IMG/VR virus record: IMGVR_UViG_3300035698_026801
Length of the DNA stretch: 64,000 bases
Source: an uncultured virus (IMG/VR IMGVR_UViG_3300035698_026801)
Lineage: Duplodnaviria; Heunggongvirae; Uroviricota; Caudoviricetes
Strand: one strand, 5' to 3'
This document shows positions 1-10,920 of this stretch, one piece after another. Made by a program: the position numbers and the translations under genes. How positions within the stretch are numbered: position 1 is the stretch's first letter; every line of letters starts with the position of its first letter. Below the pieces are notes generated by a model. It was not told where the DNA came from and did no database searches. It worked only from the letters and a program-made list of their open reading frames with translations.

Positions 1-659
1 GCCGCACTTACACCCCATCCTTGTAAATACATTCCCTCAGAAGATCCGATAGCGGCTTGAAATAGTTTTAAATCTTCTCTAACATTAATACTTTCTTTTG
101 GGTCAGATCTTTGCATACAATGTTGAAACATGTCTAAAAGTTCTTCATCATTCGCAAAAGTTTCTAACCCGTCTTGAACTTGTGATTTCAAATATGGCTT
201 TTCCTTAGCCAACCACACATCAACATTCATTTCCGTTGGTGCATGAATCAAAGCGTTGGGAATTCCAGTATCTATAATTCTTTGGGGTATAATTACATTA
301 TGGGCATAAGAATCAGGAATTTCATGCATTACACCACCCCAAGCACATGCTTGAAGTTTTTCATCAGATCCGGCATAATCAAATAAACATTGTACAAAAC
401 CCCAATCGTGAGAAACCTTATATTTTGCTCCGCCGCTCTTAAAATAATAAATAACTGGAATATCTGTTGCAATCGAACATCCATCCATAACTTCAGGATA
501 CGCATTCATGATCTTTCCTTCAGGGGTATTCGCAATTGAAGGATAATCTCGAACCATATTATCTATTTCCGCATGAGAATAAGGTCCTGGAGCCCAACCT
601 TTTGGTATAAATAGTAGTAGTAATAACAATATACCAAATATTTTTATGTTAAATTTCAT
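1..659 (-). CDS. Secreted zinc-dependent phospholipase C / S1-P1 nuclease-like protein (3' end runs off the window)
   Basis: Manual translation: signal peptide MKFNIKIFGILLLLLLFIPKG, then WAPGPYSH, ATD, SHDW, MHEIPDSYAHN and IHAPTE, the W/H/D/H/HxxxD/H/HxxxE pattern of this fold. Confidence 0.5.
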   Translation of the reverse strand, partial: MKFNIKIFGILLLLLLFIPKGWAPGPYSHAEIDNMVRDYPSIANTPEGKIMNAYPEVMDGCSIATDIPVIYYFKSGGAKYKVSHDWGFVQCLFDYAGSDEKLQACAWGGVMHEIPDSYAHNVIIPQRIIDTGIPNALIHAPTEMNVDVWLAKEKPYLKSQVQDGLETFANDEELLDMFQHCMQRSDPKESINVREDLKLFQAAIGSSEGMYLQGWGVSA

Positions 660-661
660 TT

Positions 662-1108
662 TTATTTCACTTTCCTCCAAACAACATACGCTAAAATTGC
701 AAATACCAAAAATCCCGCAACAAATGCCGGAATCTTATCTTGCAAATTTCTCATAATTCCTTCCATTATTAATATTGTACCAGATCCCACACCGGTAATT
801 TGGAATGAAATATTGGTTATAAACAATCCTACCACAGACAGTAAAAGACCAGTTACTAAAAATATATAAAATACATTCTGATTATATTTGGTGCGCATTT
901 GTTCATAATCATCATAACAAGCTCTATCTTGTGCTAATTTAGGAGAATCTTTAACTGGTTCAAATTCATAATCATGAGGTTGACAATATTCATCATAAGT
1001 TGGAGATGAATAAAACGCATATGTACCGAGATTTACAACTCCAATTAGAACTAAAGCTAAGGCAATTCCCATGGTTACTCTTAATCCAGAGTTCGAATTA
1101 TTTGCCAT
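662..1108 (-). CDS. Multi-pass membrane protein
   Basis: About 4 hydrophobic segments; abuts neighbouring ORFs. Confidence 0.7.
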   Translation of the reverse strand: MANNSNSGLRVTMGIALALVLIGVVNLGTYAFYSSPTYDEYCQPHDYEFEPVKDSPKLAQDRACYDDYEQMRTKYNQNVFYIFLVTGLLLSVVGLFITNISFQITGVGSGTILIMEGIMRNLQDKIPAFVAGFLVFAILAYVVWRKVK

Positions 1109-2016
1109 TATCCCATATTACAACTTACATCGCCTTCTGCAATGTTAAAGTCGCCTCCAATCGTTTCACAGACTTGTTGTAATGAATCTATACTTCTCAT
1201 TTGTCCCATTATCCACATTCCAAAAACTCCAAGGTCGACACAACCAAGTTTATCTTCTGTGGAAGCATAACTTCCTCCTAATATTAATTCACACATTATA
1301 TTAAATTGTCCCATAGATCGTGGGAAATTTGTTTCAAAAAAGTCACCAAGGTCTTCAATTTCTCCGCCATCCCAAACCACAGTTTCGTCTTCTGGAATAC
1401 AATCGAAAACGCAGTTATAATAACAATTTGTTACACCATCTAAACAAACTTCGTCTATATCATGATCGCATTCATCTTCACAATCAAAATATTCCTGATC
1501 ACATTCATATTCACAGACCTCTTCATCATCATAGCACTCTTGATAACAATGTTCTGTATCAGGATCATAAGGAATCATTACCATTAAGGCCACGTCGCAA
1601 GCGTCTAAACAATCGTCGCTAACAGCATAACACCCCCACTGGCAATCTTGTATTTCTTCAGTATAAGGATAAACTTCGTCGCAAGTTACATAACAATCTT
1701 CAATTCCATCGTCACAGGTACCAAATGCAATATCGCAGCCATTTAAACAAGCACCTTCGTCTTCAATACATTCTTCATCCATAGGTTCTAAAGCAAGTCT
1801 TAATTCTTCTAAAACCTCGTCACGCAAATCCTCAGCAGCAAAACAACCTTCATCTTGCCTTAATTCTTCCGAGTTGTATTCAATATTTCCAAGTTGTTTT
1901 TGTAGTGAAAAAACAGAACTTGCATTAACATACCATATAATTCCAAATATTGATGGAATAATTAAAAGAAGCAAAATCCCAAATATAATTAATTTACGAG
2001 TTGAATTCTCTGCCAT
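1108..2016 (-). CDS. Membrane-anchored Cys/Asp/Glu-rich protein
   Basis: N-terminal TM; many CxxxC units; very acidic. Confidence 0.75.
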   Translation of the reverse strand: MAENSTRKLIIFGILLLLIIPSIFGIIWYVNASSVFSLQKQLGNIEYNSEELRQDEGCFAAEDLRDEVLEELRLALEPMDEECIEDEGACLNGCDIAFGTCDDGIEDCYVTCDEVYPYTEEIQDCQWGCYAVSDDCLDACDVALMVMIPYDPDTEHCYQECYDDEEVCEYECDQEYFDCEDECDHDIDEVCLDGVTNCYYNCVFDCIPEDETVVWDGGEIEDLGDFFETNFPRSMGQFNIMCELILGGSYASTEDKLGCVDLGVFGMWIMGQMRSIDSLQQVCETIGGDFNIAEGDVSCNMG

Positions 2017-2017
2017 T

Positions 2018-3004
2018 TTAAATCATCTCTGGATAACCGTCAATACATACATATCCTACAGGAACACATTGAAAAGTACTTCGTGTTACTATTTCGTATA
2101 TTGTACTTGGAGGACATTCACAATCGTTAGTATAAAAATATTCATAACAATATTGACCGCAGAAGAAATCTTGAGTACAACTGCATAAATGAGTTTGTCG
2201 TCCCCAATCCCAGAAATGATCGCATCCGCAACCTTCCTCTTCACAATATCCAAAATTAGAACAATATGTTCCTAAATCTCCTTCTTGATTAGTTAAGTCA
2301 AGGCCTTCACAAGCAACAGTAGCAACAGGATCTTCTCCATCATTAGACCAGCAACAGCAACCATCAGTATCTGTCCAATAATTATTTTGATCTCCGCCAA
2401 CTTCCCCTACTTTTGTATAACAAGCTCCCCAGGTTTGAACCGATTCATCAAACCAATCATAAGAAAATCCTAAACTATCACAAGTATCAGTACATTGTGT
2501 TACGATTGGAGGTATAGCTTCTACATGCGTTGGAATTGTTTTATCGCATGTACAACCAACAAATCCTTTAAAATTACTACATAACCAATCTCCTTTTAAA
2601 TAATCTTCACAAAATCTTTCAGATTCTAAATGTTCCGAGCAATCTACAGTGTTGTATCTACTATCAAACGCGCAACCAACTATGTCGCTTTGACCCCACC
2701 ACTCTCCGAAATGGTTTTCACATGCAAGTTCGGCTGCATTCATCTCAGAAGCTCCTACTGCCTCAGTAAACTCATCATTAAAATTATAATCAGCACAAGA
2801 AGAATACTTTGGTGCATCAGGAATATCTGGGTCTAAATTAATGAAACCGCCACCAACTACTGAAAAATTAGTTAAACTTGTAATTGTTGGAAAGTTAAAG
2901 GGTAATTTACCAAAACTAGAAAAGATTGTTAAAACTAGAAAAATAGCTATTAATAAGAAAATCATGGTTGAAATTGCCGAAATTGTTTTCATTATTTTAT
3001 TCAT
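2018..3004 (-). CDS. Membrane-anchored Cys-rich extracellular protein
   Basis: N-terminal TM; Cys-rich; C..GxW/Y....xGC motif also present in 1108..2016. Confidence 0.75.
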   Translation of the reverse strand: MNKIMKTISAISTMIFLLIAIFLVLTIFSSFGKLPFNFPTITSLTNFSVVGGGFINLDPDIPDAPKYSSCADYNFNDEFTEAVGASEMNAAELACENHFGEWWGQSDIVGCAFDSRYNTVDCSEHLESERFCEDYLKGDWLCSNFKGFVGCTCDKTIPTHVEAIPPIVTQCTDTCDSLGFSYDWFDESVQTWGACYTKVGEVGGDQNNYWTDTDGCCCWSNDGEDPVATVACEGLDLTNQEGDLGTYCSNFGYCEEEGCGCDHFWDWGRQTHLCSCTQDFFCGQYCYEYFYTNDCECPPSTIYEIVTRSTFQCVPVGYVCIDGYPEMI

Positions 3005-3029
3005 TTTTAACCTTTTTACTCTATTTTAT

Positions 3030-3440
3030 TTATAACGACCGCATACACATACAACCACAAGAGTCCTCATTACAGCTACAATCACATTCTACAAGACTAT
3101 TATACTCCATGAAAGTAATACTGCCGGAATTTTTAAAGACACAATTGCACTTTTTCCCATCATCCTCGCAAATCACATAATCATTACTCAATGCTTGACA
3201 TTTTTCTATCTCTGTTTGGGTTATTTCCTCACAAACTTTTTCAGAGGTTTGATATTTGCCTGTTGGACAGTCACAATAGTAAAAAACCCCACCAGTTGAA
3301 CTTGCACTTTTAATATATAATCCACCTGAAATCTCACAAGCTACTTTTTGATAAATTGGTTTGGCAAAAAGACCATAACTAAAAACACTAAAAATCAGTA
3401 ATAAAATAATTACACTTCCGAATAATACACTTTTCTTCAT
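3030..3440 (-). CDS. Small Cys-rich secreted or membrane protein
   Basis: N-terminal TM; Cys clusters. Confidence 0.7.
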   Translation of the reverse strand: MKKSVLFGSVIILLLIFSVFSYGLFAKPIYQKVACEISGGLYIKSASSTGGVFYYCDCPTGKYQTSEKVCEEITQTEIEKCQALSNDYVICEDDGKKCNCVFKNSGSITFMEYNSLVECDCSCNEDSCGCMCMRSL

Positions 3441-4180
3441 TTCATCCTCCTTTTAATAATTAAAACAATTCCTGAAAGTAAAATCAGAGCAGTAAATCCT
3501 GAAACAGCATAAAGCAAAGTATTGCTTTTATTTGCATTAAATTCTGTTTCACATTTTTCTAAAGTTTCAAATGTTCTAAGTCCCTCATACATATAAAGTT
3601 CGCAAAATTCTTTTTGACCACAAGAAGAAGAATCTTCGTCAAACCAATATAAATTATTACAAACAATCTCCGGTTTCTCAACAATATTAAACTGAATGTA
3701 AGAAACCCCATAAACGTGTTGAATAGCTTGATCAGAATAATCTACACAACAATCTCTGTCACCCACAGTTAAGACCCCAGAAGGAGCAACCATACTTTGC
3801 CAATCTGATCTTGTTGGCATTAAACAAACGGGTCCATTAGTTGTTTCTTCAATCTCAAATACACCGCGATAAATGGGTTTTACACCATCACATGGATCTC
3901 CGTGCATAGCATATAAATTTGTTTTTAAAAGAATCTCACAGGTAGACTTTTCATAATCAACATCTAACTCCTTATAAGGATTTTTATGAGTTTGTTGATT
4001 TAATGGCAAGTATTTTCCACCAAAATCAATACCCAATACGGGCGACGTAGATCTTCCAAAACTATCTACAAATGTATCCTCCATTCCTACAAAAACATTC
4101 ATATTGAAAAAGCCAAAAATCAAAGTAATAATAATGGCTACTGCGAGTATGCTACTCAAAACTAGGACCTTAGGCTTCAT
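3437..4180 (-). CDS. Surface protein with N- and C-terminal TM anchors
   Basis: Hydrophobic termini; basic tail KRRMK; ATGA overlaps with neighbours. Confidence 0.75.
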   Translation of the reverse strand: MKPKVLVLSSILAVAIIITLIFGFFNMNVFVGMEDTFVDSFGRSTSPVLGIDFGGKYLPLNQQTHKNPYKELDVDYEKSTCEILLKTNLYAMHGDPCDGVKPIYRGVFEIEETTNGPVCLMPTRSDWQSMVAPSGVLTVGDRDCCVDYSDQAIQHVYGVSYIQFNIVEKPEIVCNNLYWFDEDSSSCGQKEFCELYMYEGLRTFETLEKCETEFNANKSNTLLYAVSGFTALILLSGIVLIIKRRMK

Positions 4181-6348
4181 TTTTTAACCACCTTCTTGTA
4201 AATAAACGCTCCAATACCCGCAATTAATACGAGTGGCATTGCAAACCAGTACCATGGGGTGGACTCAACAATTGGATCATCAGGATTTACTATTGGATCT
4301 CTAATTGTTCCCGCACCATAAACACCAGTAGAAACGGAATTAGTTAAGGCACCAATATTATATCCGGTCAATTCAGCACTAACTAAATATCTGTGTGATT
4401 CTCCAAGATCAAAAGTATATGGAACTTCATAAGTACCAATATTTAACCAACGCATTTGATCTTTAGTTATTGAATCTTCAGTATTATCTGGTTTTAAAAC
4501 CGTCAATCTTAATTTTGCTGGGTCTATTTTTTCATTACCAATTCCAACAACTGTAACAATCAATTTAATTGGATCTCCAACTTTTGCAGAAGCTGGTGCA
4601 TCTAACGTCACATCTAATTGTTTCTTAACTAAATTAAAGTCGGTAAGAATAACCTCTTTTGAATCTAAATTAAAACGATCGTCGGGCGTTAATACTAATT
4701 TAAAAGAATAAACTCCATCAACAAGATTATTTTCTTCCACCGGAACAAGAATTTCCCATTTATTTCCCCCATATTTTGTAGGATCGGATTCAAAAATTAT
4801 TGGCTTGTAAGTTCCATAAAATCCCGTTTTAGCATATAATAATTTTCCAATTTCTCGACTATCAATCTGAGTCGTAATATCCAACGTTAATTGTAGATTT
4901 TCTTGGGCCACATATTGGGTTCTAGAGGAAGCGTAAAAATCAGCATCTAAAACGCCTTTAACAACAAATTCTTTTTTAATATCTGAAGTTTGATAAATTA
5001 CTCTAACAAAATACTTAGAAGGTTCTGTAATGGTTCCTACATTAAATCTCACAGTGTTAGAATCAATCCATGTGCCTTGAATAGACGTTTTAATTAAATC
5101 TTCATTAATATCCAATAATTCGGCTTCAACTGTTTTTCCTTGATCAATATTTTCTACATCTAAAGTTAATACAATTGAATCCCCAACTTTATACTCATTT
5201 TCTAAATTTGTAAACCACATTAGGGGTTCTCCTGGTGGACAAATTCCGCAATCAATCTCACAATTATCACAAATCTCAACTCTGCCATATTGATTTATAT
5301 CGCAATCCCCATCTCCACAAAATGGATCAGGTACAAATTCGCCCCAAACACAAGAATTAGTACATAAAATAGTTCCTGGATGACCTGCCATAGTTTCTCT
5401 TTTTTCGCTCATTTCTGAAGTAGGGTCACAATCTTCTCCTCCAGAATCATAATTATAATCATTACATTCGGTTTGTTTTGGAATACAAGTATTTGCTACA
5501 CATCCAAACTCACAATTTTCAGGATCTAACCATCTAGAACCATCGGAAGAACAAGTAATTAAAAAATCTCCTTCACATTTTTGAGAATCTTGTAAACAAT
5601 TTAAACAAATACCGTTTTTACATCCCTGAGAACAAGATTCTGTGCTTGCCCAATACAAACCATCATCTGAACAAGTTTGAGAAATCAATCCGTTGCATCT
5701 AACAGATTCAGGAACACAAACCTCTCCATACGCGTTATTTACAAAAATATACCCATAATAATAATAAGAATTACAAGAGTATTCATTGGAAAAATCAAAT
5801 TTAGGGCTTATAAGAACATATCTATGATCCGCATCATAATCTCTCACCACTTCAAAATTACTCCCAAATGCATCTGTAGCTCTAAACAACTTACAAGAAG
5901 TTACTGGCTTACTTTCATATTCTTCTGGACAACTAAACGATACAGAACAAGTTTTTGGTCTATCTTGATAATTTGTAAGATAACTGTTCTGAATTGGTGG
6001 TGTGGCAGTTATCACAAAATCATAACCTGTTTTTTTATATCCTATAATATATGCTTCAACTTCACGAGAATTACTATATGTAGAACAAATTTTTGGGGTT
6101 TCGCCTGCAAACAACATTTCTCGTTTATCTATTGTTACTCCTTGTTTTATAGTGAAAATACAATACTCCATGTCGTTTGGACATAAAAAATCACTACAAA
6201 TTATTTCATTAGAAACTTCTTGTTTTAACATAAAAGGTTCAACATCTCCGGGTTGAATAAAACTCATGATTGTATAAGATCCACCAATAGCGGCGGCTAT
6301 GAATGCTGCAATTAAAATTCCGATCGTTACTGGTGTAAATCCCTTCAT
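4177..6348 (-). CDS. Large Cys-rich surface protein with beta-rich (Ig-like) C-terminal region and TM anchor
   Basis: 723 aa; CGDGxC and CxxGC repeats; C-terminal TM plus KKVVKK. Confidence 0.8.
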   Translation of the reverse strand: MKGFTPVTIGILIAAFIAAAIGGSYTIMSFIQPGDVEPFMLKQEVSNEIICSDFLCPNDMEYCIFTIKQGVTIDKREMLFAGETPKICSTYSNSREVEAYIIGYKKTGYDFVITATPPIQNSYLTNYQDRPKTCSVSFSCPEEYESKPVTSCKLFRATDAFGSNFEVVRDYDADHRYVLISPKFDFSNEYSCNSYYYYGYIFVNNAYGEVCVPESVRCNGLISQTCSDDGLYWASTESCSQGCKNGICLNCLQDSQKCEGDFLITCSSDGSRWLDPENCEFGCVANTCIPKQTECNDYNYDSGGEDCDPTSEMSEKRETMAGHPGTILCTNSCVWGEFVPDPFCGDGDCDINQYGRVEICDNCEIDCGICPPGEPLMWFTNLENEYKVGDSIVLTLDVENIDQGKTVEAELLDINEDLIKTSIQGTWIDSNTVRFNVGTITEPSKYFVRVIYQTSDIKKEFVVKGVLDADFYASSRTQYVAQENLQLTLDITTQIDSREIGKLLYAKTGFYGTYKPIIFESDPTKYGGNKWEILVPVEENNLVDGVYSFKLVLTPDDRFNLDSKEVILTDFNLVKKQLDVTLDAPASAKVGDPIKLIVTVVGIGNEKIDPAKLRLTVLKPDNTEDSITKDQMRWLNIGTYEVPYTFDLGESHRYLVSAELTGYNIGALTNSVSTGVYGAGTIRDPIVNPDDPIVESTPWYWFAMPLVLIAGIGAFIYKKVVKK

Positions 6349-6446
6349 TTTTAACCTTTGTAAGTATGATTGCGGAGACGGCTTTCACCTATCCCCGCTT
6401 ATTAGTTGTCAGTCTAAAACCGACTCAACCGTTAAGCGGAGTCAGA

Positions 6447-6872
6447 TTAATCGAACAATTTCCATTTCTTGCCAAACCATTCAGTAAGTGACAATGCTAG
6501 ATAAATTTCAGCTAACATGAATAGCCATCCAGCTAATACAGATACTGCAGGTCCTGTTGGGAACGCCCATGAAAACACTAAGATTTCAGGTAGTAAATAA
6601 CCCAACATAGCAACAATCGCTAACAAAGTTGTAATTATTGGAATATCCATCAAAATTGACTCTGTGCCTCTATGTATTTTTAATGCAAAGGCAAAGAATA
6701 TTCCGGCCAAGAACAAACTAAGAGCAGCCATTATTGCAGGTGCCATCCCAAACGATGCAAACATGACGAAAAGCCAGTTAATCGAAAAGGCTAGCAACAA
6801 GAATGGAATTGCGGACAGTAAACCTAGTCCAAACAACTTTCCCCAGTTGAATTCCATTTTTGATTTTCCCAT
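6447..6872 (-). CDS. Multi-pass membrane protein
   Basis: About 4 TM segments. Confidence 0.7.
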   Translation of the reverse strand: MGKSKMEFNWGKLFGLGLLSAIPFLLLAFSINWLFVMFASFGMAPAIMAALSLFLAGIFFAFALKIHRGTESILMDIPIITTLLAIVAMLGYLLPEILVFSWAFPTGPAVSVLAGWLFMLAEIYLALSLTEWFGKKWKLFD

Positions 6873-6930
6873 TTTTATTCACTTTTTTAATCGTTTATTT
6901 GAACAAGTGTTCAAAATAATAATTTGATCT

Positions 6931-7335
6931 TCAATCCCAATATGGTCTTATTGAACTTAAATTTTTGGGTGGTGTTCGATCAGTCTTTTCCCATATAAAC
7001 CAAACTGGAATTTGTTTTCTATTTAATTCCATACTCGCATAGGCTCTGTTTCTACCTTCGTGGTCTTTGATTCTACCATATTTAAATTCAAAATATGGTG
7101 TTGGAACCAAGGGTTTTGAAGATTTCAATCCTGCGTATGCTTTTCTCACAGACTCTTCAGCGCGTGTAATTTTCATGTACTGCGCAATGCTCATAGATCT
7201 ATTCTCTAAGTCGGTTGATGTCATTCTCGCTAATTTAATAAACTGCATTGGAGACATCATAACCTTTCTTCGAGTGAAACCGAAACTTGAAGGATGATCT
7301 ACAATTGGTATATCTGTTTCTTGTTTAAATGTCAT
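6931..7335 (-). CDS. ParB/sulfiredoxin-like domain protein (tentative)
   Basis: DHEGRNRAYA resembles the DGHHR motif and is followed by IPVW. Confidence 0.4.
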   Translation of the reverse strand: MTFKQETDIPIVDHPSSFGFTRRKVMMSPMQFIKLARMTSTDLENRSMSIAQYMKITRAEESVRKAYAGLKSSKPLVPTPYFEFKYGRIKDHEGRNRAYASMELNRKQIPVWFIWEKTDRTPPKNLSSIRPYWD

Positions 7336-7346
7336 TTTTTTACCTC

Positions 7347-7619
7347 TTAATATTTATAAGTATATTTTTTCATATACTCTTTTGCGCCATTTACAGCTTC
7401 TTCTTTCGTTTTAAAAAGCATATAAGTTTGTCCTGGGTTAAGCAATACAGACACAACCCACGTAAATTTTCTATTTTTTACGGGATTATTTCGAATATCT
7501 TTAGAGTATTGTTTCGTTACCATTACTTCTTGATTTCCAAAATTAGAACTTCTAGTTCTATACTCCCATATGATCCATGTTTTATTATCTTGTATTTTAT
7601 TCCATTTGTCAAATATCAT
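7347..7619 (-). CDS. Divergent member of the WxK...FKTKxEA..YM microprotein family
   Basis: DKWNK near the N-terminus; FKTKEEAVNGAKEYMKK near the C-terminus. Confidence 0.55.
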   Translation of the reverse strand: MIFDKWNKIQDNKTWIIWEYRTRSSNFGNQEVMVTKQYSKDIRNNPVKNRKFTWVVSVLLNPGQTYMLFKTKEEAVNGAKEYMKKYTYKY

Positions 7620-7622
7620 ATT

Positions 7623-8192
7623 TTAAGCCTCCATAACCATATCTTGTAACATTACTGCTGCCGTCTGATCTCCATCTTCAGCACGGTTTTTTAACCCCTG
7701 TAAATAATCCATCATTTTTTCGTCGTACCCTCTTATTTCGTCTTCAAGTTTCCTTGTAGACCACATTTTTGGGTCATTTTGTTGAGTTTGTGTGTACTTT
7801 TTTACTATTTCTAAATTTTCGTAATATGTTAATTTCGAATCCAAAATTGATTCAAAATCCAATAAATCAGGTTCAATACCTCTTTGCATTACATACCTAA
7901 TTAATTGAGTTTTTTCAATATGTGTTAATCCCGAAATGTTTAATTTGCGGGCGTAGTCGCTTGCATTTTTTAATTGCGTTTTTGGTCTTTTTGTAGTTCT
8001 AAGATGAGTATGAACGAGGATTTTCTTTTTTTGTGCTTTCCGAATATGAGTTTTTACAATAGTTTGTTGCGAAACTTTTTTCGATAAAAAGCCTTGCCGT
8101 CTAAACCATTCAATCAACAATGAGTTCAAATCATCATTTAACATATAATATTGTTGATCCCCTTTCTGAAAGTATAATCTATCCTCGGTCAT
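7623..8192 (-). CDS. Hypothetical protein with internal VKxHxR module
   Basis: TIVKTHIRK...LVHTHLR. Confidence 0.65.
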   Translation of the reverse strand: MTEDRLYFQKGDQQYYMLNDDLNSLLIEWFRRQGFLSKKVSQQTIVKTHIRKAQKKKILVHTHLRTTKRPKTQLKNASDYARKLNISGLTHIEKTQLIRYVMQRGIEPDLLDFESILDSKLTYYENLEIVKKYTQTQQNDPKMWSTRKLEDEIRGYDEKMMDYLQGLKNRAEDGDQTAAVMLQDMVMEA

Positions 8193-8194
8193 TT

Positions 8195-8458
8195 CTATCT
8201 TCTCTTGTGTTTCTTATATTGTGGGCTTTTAACGTATTTTGGAGTCTTTTTCATTACTCTAACGTGCCCTTTTACTCTAATTGTTTTTCCATTAACTTTT
8301 CGTGTGTGAGCTTTTACTGTTGCTTTTGCTTTTCCAATACCCCTATACCTTCTTTCCCAAGGTTCTCTGATATCGAAAGGTGTGAAATCTCCTTCTCCAT
8401 GAGACCTTCTAATTTTTGGATCATCTCCAAAATCTCTTGCTCTTTTTGGTTTTGTCAT
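8195..8458 (-). CDS. Basic protein with VKAHTR...VKGHVR module
   Basis: Very K/R-rich; motif shared with the 16.6-21.2 kb family. Confidence 0.65.
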   Translation of the reverse strand: MTKPKRARDFGDDPKIRRSHGEGDFTPFDIREPWERRYRGIGKAKATVKAHTRKVNGKTIRVKGHVRVMKKTPKYVKSPQYKKHKRR

Positions 8459-8460
8459 AA

Positions 8461-8865
8461 TTAATTCACCTCCTCTTCATTTTCTTCACTAAATAAATAT
8501 TCAAACCAACGTTTATTTCTTGTTAAAGAACCATCGTCCTCTATTCTATATTGAAATGTTTTTTGCACATTCAATAGTCCAAACAGTTTTGCTTCTTTTC
8601 TGCCTTCAACCATTGCTTCGCCTTTTGAGGTTTCCATAAATCTAATTTGTGACATTTTAGCAATTTGATTCTGATGTTTTTCATTAATTTTCATCATCAA
8701 TTGAGCCATTTCATTAAATTTCTCTTCAGATTTTACAGAAATCTCATATTTTACAGCAGAATTTCCAATTTTAGATTCTCCGCCATATTGTTGATAAGCA
8801 AGAACTTGAAAGCTCATGCTAAAAATAAGCAAAAATGCTAAAGTTAAAGTCAGTGTTTTTTTCAT
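8461..8865 (-). CDS. Secreted protein, paralogue of 18122..18532
   Basis: Signal peptide; shared EAKLFG..QKTF.Y.I...G..TRN.R.F. Confidence 0.7.
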   Translation of the reverse strand: MKKTLTLTLAFLLIFSMSFQVLAYQQYGGESKIGNSAVKYEISVKSEEKFNEMAQLMMKINEKHQNQIAKMSQIRFMETSKGEAMVEGRKEAKLFGLLNVQKTFQYRIEDDGSLTRNKRWFEYLFSEENEEEVN

Positions 8866-9108
8866 TTTGTTTTACCTTTTAAACATTTTTAATACTAAAT
8901 ATATTACGAATGCAATGAACAAATAACTTAGAGCAATAATAATATCTCCAATATTCGCTCTGGCTGTAAAGTTATTAAAACTTACAAAAGCTCCAATTGC
9001 AAGTACTATTAAAGGTATTAACTTTTCATAATGTTCTTTTATAAATCCCATAAGTTTTACCTCCTAATTTTCAAATTAAGCCGAGATTTTTAGTTTCAAC
9101 TTATACCA

Positions 9109-9668
9109 TTATTTTTTTCTGAATGCGAAATATGCAAGTGTCCCTAATAATGCTGCTCCAAGTCCGGTCCACAATAACATATACGGAGAAAATCCATTTC
9201 TAAACCACACATTCTCAACATTATCTGATATTGAAGGAAGCAATAATCCAAATATTCCACCAATTAATGCAAACAGTCCAATTTTTAATCCTAGTTTCAT
9301 TTTTTACCCCCGAAAAATTTCTTTTTTAAACTAACATAAACGCCCATTCCACCGCCTGAGATAAGTAATAATACTACTATCAAACTAAATGCAACTCCCA
9401 AAAAAACAACTAAAGTTTTTGCGATCCAATACATTAAAATTCCAATACTAAATGAAATCAATGAAATTACAAGATAATTTGCCCATTCTGGTTTTGGTAT
9501 TAAATCAAACTTTTTTAATTGGATAAAAGATAATACTGCAAAAGCTAACCCAGCCATAATTGATAATGGTTCAATTAATTTTGTGAATATAATAATTCCA
9601 AAATAAATAAACCCGGTCAAACTAATTATTCCCAAAATAATTAACCAAATGTTTTTGTTAAATTTCAT
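9109..9668 (-). CDS. Two small membrane proteins (9297..9668 and 9109..9300)
   Basis: Hydrophobic ORFs with basic tails, overlapping by ATGA. Confidence 0.65.
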
Positions 9669-9672
9669 TTTA

Positions 9673-10920
9673 TCATCTCTTTTTAGGTACCAGCAATACT
9701 AAGGAAATTATAATAATGAAAACAAAGGTCATAACCCCCAATCCAATTAAAATCCAACCCCATATTGGGAAACCGTCTCCAGGACAATCTGAACCAACGC
9801 ATGGTAAATCACCAATGTCCACACATTCATAATCTGAATTTAAGATTGAACGTGGACCACATGAAGGAATGGATTTACAATCCGCTTTATGTACTTTCCC
9901 ATTTATGCACTCGTATTCACAAACTTCTCCAGACACATCACTTGACTGCCATCCAGGAGCTATACTACCACTTAATGCATTACATTCCGAATCTTCTATT
10001 TCAGTTATTTGAGTTCCATCATTAGAACACAATGGAGACGAAGGTAAACAAATAATATCTCTATCAGTTTTAGGAGATCGGCTATCTACATAATATTTCC
10101 CATCTTCTGCAATCTTCACATTATAATATACGCCTCCATTCGGAGAAACATACAAAACATAAATGTCAGGTCTATGATTTCCACTTGTATCAACTAAATT
10201 ATCATCTGCAACTATCGGCGCAGAAGCCTGAACGAACTGGAATTTTTGTCCAAAATGAACTCTTCCATCGATTATTGTTCCATCTTGAGTAGCTTTTTGT
10301 TCGTCCTCGGTAAAAAACGTTCGACCGGTAATTTTTCCAATTTGAGTTAATAAACATGTGCCTTGTGAAATAAGCCCAAATCCGGTTGCTGATTCATATT
10401 TTAAATCATACCTTTGATATTTTATTCTAACCTTCATTTCGTCACCCTCTAATTGAGGATTAACTGCTTCGAAAGCCGTAATTCTAACCTTAGAATTAAT
10501 AGGATAAGTTCCAACTTTTATCCAAGAATTCTGAGTATTATACTGATTTACAGTCCTAATCAATTTATAACCACTGCCCTGATCAACATAAATTTCTGAA
10601 TGTAACCAACGTGTATCTGTAGAAAATTCCAATTCAAAAGTTGGTGCATTTATTTTACTAGGAACTACTTGAAAAACCCATTCATGCATTAATTTATTAT
10701 CTTCATCCCTAATTGTATTTTCTAAAGCCATTCTATTTCCATCAGCACTTGGATAATAACTAACTGGGCCCGCTTCACACTCCGCACTTGCAAAAATTGG
10801 TTGTAACACCGGAGAATTAAATCCGGGTATTGAAAAAATAGTACTCTGAGTTGCAAATCCAACTCCGATTAATAAAATTGCTAAAACCGATAAAATTGGT
10901 ATCCATAATTTTAATTTCAT
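9673..10920 (-). CDS. Surface protein with signal peptide and C-terminal anchor
   Basis: N-terminal hydrophobic segment; Cys-rich C-terminal third; PIWGW-TM-KKR. Confidence 0.8.
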   Translation of the reverse strand: MKLKLWIPILSVLAILLIGVGFATQSTIFSIPGFNSPVLQPIFASAECEAGPVSYYPSADGNRMALENTIRDEDNKLMHEWVFQVVPSKINAPTFELEFSTDTRWLHSEIYVDQGSGYKLIRTVNQYNTQNSWIKVGTYPINSKVRITAFEAVNPQLEGDEMKVRIKYQRYDLKYESATGFGLISQGTCLLTQIGKITGRTFFTEDEQKATQDGTIIDGRVHFGQKFQFVQASAPIVADDNLVDTSGNHRPDIYVLYVSPNGGVYYNVKIAEDGKYYVDSRSPKTDRDIICLPSSPLCSNDGTQITEIEDSECNALSGSIAPGWQSSDVSGEVCEYECINGKVHKADCKSIPSCGPRSILNSDYECVDIGDLPCVGSDCPGDGFPIWGWILIGLGVMTFVFIIIISLVLLVPKKR

